62,578 nt of DNA from Aplysia californica. Taxonomy: Eukaryota. The position numbers and the translations under genes are program-made. The notes beneath the pieces were generated by a model that saw nothing but the letters and a program-made list of their open reading frames with translations, had not been told where the DNA came from and searched no databases. Location: positions 2,727,402-2,789,979 of the forward strand of contig NW_004797273.1 in NCBI RefSeq assembly GCF_000002075.1, written 5' to 3'. Below, in pieces: positions 28,607-37,600 of this stretch (its first letter is position 1; each line of letters starts with the position of its first letter).

Positions 28607-31600
28607 TTTGTGTGTTTGGGGGAAGAGGGGGCGGGGCGTGGGGAGATCATACTCAAGACGAGAATCACTGTTTCAGTGTTGGAACAAGACAATAAAAAGT
28701 CTTTCTGTCAGCGTTTTCCTCGAACAGAGTTTGCTGACAGAACGCCTTTTTTCCAAAGCCGTCGTGGAAAAAAGGCGGTCTGTCAGCGAACTCTTTAGAA
28801 AAGGCGTTTTGTCAGCGTAACCATTTAACAAAGACGTTCTTCCGAAATTTGAATGTTAATTTATTCAAAAACTTGTCACAGTTTCACTTTGATTTTTTCA
28901 CACAAGTAGGGTAACAGGTCAGACTATCGATTTAGCAAATAAAAAATTTTCGCGCCAAAATGAAAAAAAGGCGTTTTGTCAGCTTTCGGCAGTTTTAGCC
29001 AAGAATGTTTCTAAATAGTCTTAAGCTCCTCTGGGTTAACGATCATAGTTGTAAAGCGCACAAAGCACGCTGTAGAGCATGGATGTGCGCTATGTAAATT
29101 GCAAATGCAATTATTATTATAGTTATTGTAGGTTCTGAAAAGTTAGATAAATGAAATCCTCTGTGACATATTAAAAAAAATAAGGTGGGAAGTATAGCAG
29201 GTTGAGTCCGGTTATTAAAGTTTGCAGTTGTTGCTATATTCTCGGAAATACCCTACCCCTCCCTTCCTCACAAACACACATTTCCCTGAGAAAAAAATCC
29301 CGTCACCACCCCCCACCACAAAAATCCAGAACAGAAAAAACTACGAATAAACAAACAACAAAAACAAAACAAAAAAACAAACAATTACAAACCAAAAAAA
29401 CCCGCCTGACCCAAACAATTCTTGCATGACGTGAATACACCGAGGACATGAGTGCTCCCGAGATAGTATTTCTTCATTTCCTTTAAAGAGTCCATCAAAC
29501 AATCGCTTTTTATTGTCTTACTTTGTGTTGAACAGGACGCTTGGAATTGGTTTGGTTTCCTCATCTTTAAAGTTTCCATAACCGCTGGTTGGACATACAC
29601 AATTACAAACAAGTTATTTACAAAGCTGAGTGCAAAACTCATCAATGAAAAGATTTGTATACATTTCTCCATCAGCAAAATAATATTGCCTACTGCTTGA
29701 CTGCTGCGGGGAAATGCTGGATAATATGTTTTCTGTCTTCTGCAGACGATTTTGCTCTCAGTGTGTGCGATGCCCGGAGGAGTGTCCTTGACCTTGCACG
29801 AATGGCGGAGGAGTTCAGTAGTTTACTCGATGTGCGTATTTATTCTTCTCGACATTTTGTTTCTCCCTCCCCTTGTAAGTCCGAGGTGTAGTGGCTAGGC
29901 GTTGTGCCATCGTACGCACAAGACTTGAGTTCGATTCCTGTGTGAAGAGAACGCTTTGTCGAGTATCTCCGTCTGTCTCTCTGTAAAGATGTTTTATCCG
30001 TCTCAGTCCAGGTTGGCCTTGACAGGTAGAGTAAAAACAGTGGGTCTCCAAGATGATTTAGATATTGTCGACGGGGGCCCATGAAACTTTCACAATTACA
30101 GTTATTTGCCTTCTTTCATCTCTAGATATCTATCTATCTATCTATCTATCTATCTACACAATTCATAAACACATTATACATAAATAATATAAATGTGCTA
30201 AATAATTATTAACTAATTACTGGGAATGTCTCTAAATTAAGACAAAGGTGGAGGTTTTTATAATCAATTTCAGCAAATAAATATTATTGTAACAACATTA
30301 AACAGTACTGTATTATTTTTACTGTATATCATGTTCATTCACAGGCACAAGACAAGAGAAACGCAATGCACAACCGGCTTCGAGAAGAGTGGTCTATGTA
30401 TCTTCAGCAAGGGCAACAGCCAGGGTGGATGGCGGGCGGCGGTTCGAGTCCGTTCTACGACAGCTCGCAGCAGTGCGCTCTCCAGCGCGCTTGTTACGTA
30501 GGGGAGTACACCGAGTCTTGGGACAGGCCCGATGCCTGGTTGTGGTGGGGGAAGATGGGCGTGTCTCAGTCGATGGTTGACCAATCAAACTGGGTCGGGC
30601 CGAGCAGTCAAAACCCGTGGCTTAGTGGTGGTGGTGGTGGTAGCCAGTCCAACTGGCCGGGTATGACGAGTCAGTCACCGTGGTTTAACCAGGGAGGGAA
30701 CTCTCAACAATGGACGGGGATGAATAATCCGGGGCAATGGGGAGGCGCGGTTCCTAATCAGCAGGGTGGGTCAGATATGTACCCAATGTGGTCCTATAGA
30801 AGGTCCACAGTAGGAGAAAACGGGAAAGCCCAAAGTGATTCCCAAGGGGCGACGCGATCCGCAAAGAGAATGAATAACCAAGATCGAGTTTTTACCAACT
30901 ACCAGCGATTATACGAGCAATACTCGAATACGGAAAAGAATACGCCAACGCCTGGTCCTAGCGCAGTACAGCGTAAAAACTTTTCCCCACCACAGCCTAA
31001 GCCATCCCGTCTGCACAAAGCTGGCAGTGCCGGGGAGAGGGGAGGTAATGCAAGAAAACAAGAACGTCCATGGATTCCCAACAAAGGCGTCTCTGATCCC
31101 AAACTTCCCAAACTGCCTGGAGTCAGTGGAAACGTCCAGCAAAGCGGGGCCTGGGACTCGGGCAGCAATGCACAGCGACCTGGGGTAACCGGAGCAGGTG
31201 GCGTCAATAGAGGATGGCCTGCAACCACAACTACAGGGGCCGACTCTGTAGGTGGTCAACCCGGGAGGAATCTGGCAGATACCCCGTTTAAGCCCAAGGA
31301 TCCGCCAGCAGGCAGACCAGAAAATGACCTGCGCAAACCACCAATAATCCGACCTACGTTACGTCCGGGGAAACAAGGTATGCAAATGCCAGTCCTCGGG
31401 TACCCCGTCGTCGTGGGTGTTGATCCATGGATGTTGGGTGGTATGCCTGGATGGAGAATGTTTTCGAGGAAGAGGAGAGAACATATATCCACTGAAAACA
31501 CTGATGCCGACGACCTGGAAGGCGATGTCGCTGTTGACGAAGGTGACGAAGAATCTAGTATTGATGCACCGGATAGAAAGCGAAGGGAGGCAACGATGAC

Positions 31601-34600
31601 AGAAAATTCTAACCAAAATACAAATGAGACGGTAAATGACGGCCCCGAATCGTGGGACGATGCAATGGACTGGAATCCGATGAATTTCCACCATATGAAT
31701 TTCCGACCCAACCCTATGGATATGTGGATGGCAATGATGATGGAGAGTGCTATGTGGGAAGCCGCGCACAGTAACATGAGCGGCGACTTCAACAACAGTT
31801 TTCTTGGTAACTTTAGTCAGGAAGACATGGACTGGATGATGGATCAGTTCTTTAGCATGATGGACAGCGGTGGCGAGAATGGACATTTCGATTCCAATGA
31901 CGACGGCGATCGAAATCGGAGAGACGCCGAAGTCACCGAAGAACTGACAGATGAGGCAGCTCGGCTGAAAAGACAAATGGGAAATTACCAACAGTTTTAC
32001 AATGAATTTCCTATGTTCGGCAGGTGGTGGGACTGGAACTTTATAAACAACGATTGGTATGGATTCTCGGGAAATAATTTCGACTGCTGCTGGGGAGGTC
32101 GGAGTAAACGCAGTACTGAGGATAAAAAGGCACCAAAGGTAAAGGGAGTGACTCCAAGAAGTGGGTCCAGCGAAACCAGTAGGCGACATTTTTCCTTTAG
32201 CCCCAAAGTGAAAAGTCAAAGAACGGGAGACAATCAAAAACAAAACAATGTGTGGCGTAACACCTTCAATACACCTGGCTCACAGAACAGATGGAAGCAA
32301 CAGAAAACGACAAACGGGCCATTCCGCTTAAATTTCGGAGCTGGGGAAAAGTACGGCTTCAGCGGAAACAGGTGGACCAACGGACAGATGCCGGTGAATG
32401 CAGGTCAAAATCAAAGAAACTTTTGGAAAAATCTTATGGGTTCTAGTAACAATAAGAAATTCCCTCAAGGTTACGAGCCAAACTATCAGTGGAAACAGAA
32501 CAATTTTGAATCGAGTCCCATGTGGCAAGGAAGAACATCGAGCGAGCCTTGGGGGAATGTCGTCCCATTCAAGGACACGGCTTCCATGATGAACGGACAA
32601 GGGCAACAACCGTGGGCCCCCAACAGGGGCTGGGAATTTTATGACTCTCCATACAACAGAGTGTCTGGAAATGAAGGGCTTGACCAGTGGCCTTTTGGTC
32701 CTCCTCCAATGAACGAGTGGCAGAGTATTTTTAAAAGAGCTCCGAACTTTTGGCCAATGTCTGGCCCAGCCCAAGAAGATTTTAACAGGATGATGATGAT
32801 TTTTTGGCAGAACAGATTTGTGAAGAGAGATACGGCAAACAGCGCCACCTTGGGTGATGAGGAAATGTCTGCAAATACTGAAACCAGCAACGGCCCAAAC
32901 AGGAAGAAAAGGGAAGCGTCGCCTGAACCCACGCTGACCTCGGAGGAGTCAGCTGAGGTTTCTGACGGCAAGAAAACTAAGAGGTGGGGCGACTGGGGCA
33001 ACTGGAACCAAGGAGGCTTCAGTGACCCGGAGTGTATGGAGTGGACAGCTCCTTTGACCTACAGATCTCCATGGGAAGGCTGGAACATGCTCAGGGGCAA
33101 CCGAGCTATCACCAAGAAAGATGCAACAGTCCAAAATCTTGACGAAAGAGTCAAAAGAGACACAGATGCAGACAAGAAACGGCAAGCCAAGTGTCGGTCC
33201 AAGTACGGTAACAAGAAACAGCCGTATGGCCAGATGTATAATCAAGGCGGCCAAACATTCTCACCATATTACCAATCGACAGACTGGCTTGGAGATCCTT
33301 GGGGTGGGTACCAGGACAATTATTTCAATCGATACTACCGAGATGCAGAGGAGGGCACAGAGACACAAAATGAGGACAAACCTTCAACCAGAACGAAGCG
33401 CATGGCCTTCTGGCCTATGTATCCCTACAGTACGTCCTTCTGGAACGGGTGGTGGAACAATCAGTGGTCAGGTGGATGGCGAAACTGGTACCACAGAATG
33501 TTCTCTAACCCTATGTCCCATCAATGGAGAAGAAATTGGTTTAGTAGAATGTCTTCAAACCCAATGTTCTATCAATGGCGGAATTGGTTCAACAGAATGA
33601 ATTTTTACCCCATGAACTATCCCTGGAGGAGCTGGTATAGATGGCGTAGGCATGCCGAGGTAGACCAAGAGGGAGACATCAACAATGAAAGAACCAAACG
33701 AAGCGCTGACAACGACGCGACACGAGAAAAAAGGTTTGGCAACTTCTGGAATACTCAGATGAACAACGGCATGCCATGGCAATATGGCAATGGGGACTGG
33801 TGGTTTTCTCAAAACTTTGATCCGATGTTTGATAATAACTGGAGGTACTCTCGCTCTTCTTCCCTCGAAAAGAAAGCAGAGGGCGATTCCAGAGGAAAAC
33901 GGAGCTTTTATAGTCCCATGTTCTGGCAGCAGTGGAATAACTGGCAGAACCCAATGTGGATGAATTCCTTTTGGCGATACTATAGCATGCGGGACTTTTA
34001 TGGATTGCCGTTTAGCCGAAGTTACAGGGACGTCAGTGGCAACATAAAAGCGAAAATGGAAAACTCAGATGGCAACCTCAGCTCAAATGAGAGATCCAAG
34101 AGGGAAGCATATCAAAGTAGACAACCGAATCCCGCTCAGAATCCACGAGGCATGGGATTTTGGAATAACAATAACCAATTTGATCAAAGGAATTCTAGGA
34201 CGGAAGGTATTTACGGTGAACGTGGTTTTGACCCCCAGACTCGCAACCTCTATCCCCATCCACCTGCCCACAGAAGTGATAGCAGCAACTCATACGGTTT
34301 CAACAACAACGAGAAGCAGTGGAATACCTTCGGCTCTCAGTGGAAATCTGATAACGTCAGGGAAGATGCTTGGTACACGAGAATGAAGCGATCAGCAGAC
34401 GGTGTTGAAAGGGTCAAAAGACAAGGTTTTCCAAACTGGAACAATGGATACAACCGCTGGTGGTGGGGGTGGCCAATGTATTGGAGTGGTTTCGGATTCA
34501 GGCCAAACCAGAGATCAATGGGAACGCAAAACCCTTACAATTATTTCAGCCGGAGCATATGGCCAATGAACGGTTACGTTTACAACCCAAGATTCTGGTG

Positions 34601-37600
34601 GTGGAGCATGTACCGGGGAATGTTCGCTAGCCGAAATGGGTATTCAAGAATGTCAATGTATCCGTACTGGAACCAATGGAACCGGAGGTGGCCGAGAATG
34701 TGGTTTAGTCCAATGTTGTCCAGATTTGGTAGGGACAGTGACGACACTGAGTCAGTCGAGGAAGAAGGGCTTAGCAATGAGCATAGAATCGCCAAGAGAA
34801 GTTCCAACGGCCACATTCTAAATGACATGTTTCAGACTGGGAAGGTGAGCGCGGATAGGAGAGACAGGGAATCGCTTCCCTTTTCCCCGAGCAGTCGTTA
34901 TCGCAGGTCATCGAACGATCCTCAAGATGTTGTTTCTCCAGAAGATGAATCTAACGTCAATTTTCCAAACTGGCAAGAACTTGTGGACGCTTTCGGTTTT
35001 ACCAATCCGTGGTCATTCTTGTTTGGCAAAGACGGAAAAGGTCTGTCGGGGGGGTCTGATTCTGTTAACTCGAATGCAACTCCTCTAAAGGTAGCACGTA
35101 GCGCTGATGCTTCGAAAACAAAGAGATTCGCCGGAGATTGGTATGGCTCAGGGTGGAATAGGCAGCAAAGCATGTTTCCTTGGATGAATCAAAACCGTTT
35201 CCCTTGGATGTATCAAAATCGCTTTCCTTGGATGTATCAGAACTACTTTCCTCGGATGAACGGAAATTACTGGTTCAACTATCCACAATACTTCAACAGC
35301 ATGAGGAGATACCCAATGTTTGACCAATGGCGTCGGTGGTACTTTATGTCTAGACCATACTCTCCCTGGTCTGTGCAGCATCCTTTTTACAGTGGTCGGG
35401 GTCAGAGACGAGTGCAACAATATCCACTAAACCCGACTGCAAAAACTCGTGCATCGACCTCGAAGGCTACGAAAGATAAGAAATCTCGCACCAGAAGGGA
35501 AACCATGGAGAATATCGATATGCAAAAACAACCTACTAGAGATGATTTCATAGAAACTGAAAAACGCGACGTATCAGAAGTCTGGGGAGAAAACCTGACG
35601 CCTCGTGAAACAGTTCTGAACAACCAAGAACCAGGCCAGCGAAGTGAAAGATCAGGAGGGTTTGGACCCTGGTGGCCGATGGGGAGGATGAATTCATGGT
35701 ACCCGTACATGTATCCGAACTACTTCTGGGGTGGCCAATACAGATGGAACAACTGGCCTCAGTACTGGTATCCCAGATATTCCAGGGTATACAGAGAAAC
35801 AGATGATAACGAACCAAGAGAGAAGAGAGATTCTGAACAAGGGGAGAGAAAGAAGAGATGGTGGCAACAAAATTTCAACAGCCCCATGCCGTTTAGTGAA
35901 TTGGAAGGATATTCTTCAAACCATCCTATGCAACCGAACTACGGCTGGCCAGAGATGGGTTGGGGGCCTTCAAGATGGTTCTATCGCAGAGATGCAGCAG
36001 AAAACGGAGATGGAGATACGACTCTAGGTGACGTTACTAATTCCGAGAGAGAGAAACGCGCCGCTGACGCTCCTTCTGATAGTGACAGAAGTAAGAGATT
36101 TGGAGGCAGTTCGAACCCCTGGTACCAGTTCAACAGCCCATGGTATAACAGGGATTTCGGTCAGCGCTATTGGTATGATCAGCGATGGCCAAGCTTCTCC
36201 GAAACTTGGAGGTTTGGCAACAGCAGACCACGATTTTATAGACAAGGCGCAAAGGGACCAACTGTACAAAGTGCGAAGAGATTAAAGAGGGGTGCTGAAA
36301 GCGAATCATTGGCAAAGAGAGAATCTTTCTGGCATGGTGAACAGATGTGGAACAATATGCCAGGTGGTGGGGGCTCCAGATCTTTCGGGAGCTTCAGTTA
36401 CCCACCTTGGTGGGGTGACAGATGGCACAGTGATTCACAATGGGGCATGGGGTCAAATCCCTGGAACTGGCAAAGATCCCAGAGAGAGACCACGTCATCC
36501 TCGTCTGCCAACAGTGAAGATGATCAAAACAAGGAAGCTTCAAGCAGTTCAGAGAGATTCAAACGTTTTGCTTATCCCTACGAACAGTTCAACTTTCCTT
36601 GGATGTGGAATACATACTGGCAAAAATACTTCTACTTCAACAATCCAGAATACTTTGAAGAGAATATGGGTATTGGGAGGTTCTATAGGGATGCCGAAGG
36701 GGAAAATGAAAGTGGGGATAAACAACGCGCCAAGCGAGACACTGAAGAAGCGGTCTCCAAGAGAGGTGCTCACTGTATGTACTTCACTGAAGGTCGTTGC
36801 TGGTACAGCGAGTCAAGCTACAGGCCATACATGAACAGCAGGGGAGGTTATCCTTGGAGCGGCAATAGTTGGATTGGTGATAGCAAATGGCCTGGGCAAA
36901 TGTGGCAGTCTGGCAGGTTCAAGAGAGAAACAATGAAACCTTCCCCTCTAAGTCAAAGGGCGAGTTTCACGGCTGCATACAGAAACCAAAACCGAGGCAA
37001 GAGGTTCTGGCCCACAATGGCCTATTGGTGGCCATATTATCAGCCTCAAAACAACTTTTATTTTTCAAATAGAAATTGGGGATACAACTGGTGGAACATG
37101 GACTACCCATACTATTTCCCCTCATACTTCTATGGAAATAATATGTTCAGGAATCGAGTATACAGAGAAGCCGGAGCTGGGGATGAAACTAAAAACTCTG
37201 ATGAATCGAAAAGTCAAGATGAACCAAGAACTGTGGTAAAAAGAGAAGCACAAAGATACTGGAGGCCACAGATGAACAACATGATGAACGATCGGTTCAA
37301 CCAACAGCCACGGGAACAGAACTCGGGGTTCGGCTTCAACGACTGGAACAGGCAGAAACATTGGCCTAAATACATGGGCCAAAATCGATACCGCAGAGAA
37401 GTAGACGAATCCCCTCTGGACAGTTCAGATGACAGCAGTCGTGAAAAAAGACAATGGGGAGGGTACAATATGGCGGGACATCCTTGGGGTTATGATGGCA
37501 TGTCGTCTAGATTCTGGAATAGTCGTGGGTGGAATTCATATCCGTGGAGCTGGCAGTACAGTCCCGGTAGGTATCGATTTATGAGAGAGGCTGAATCGGC

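Noticed and set aside
3267-28820. ORFs made of X runs, CV/HT/LS/QTDR/poly-I/poly-N repeats
   Set aside because: Artefacts of N gaps and microsatellites.
29884-29945. tRNA gene (also at ~4580, ~41458, ~55600)
   Set aside because: A/B boxes are present but there is no convincing cloverleaf, and each continues into a repeated SINE body.
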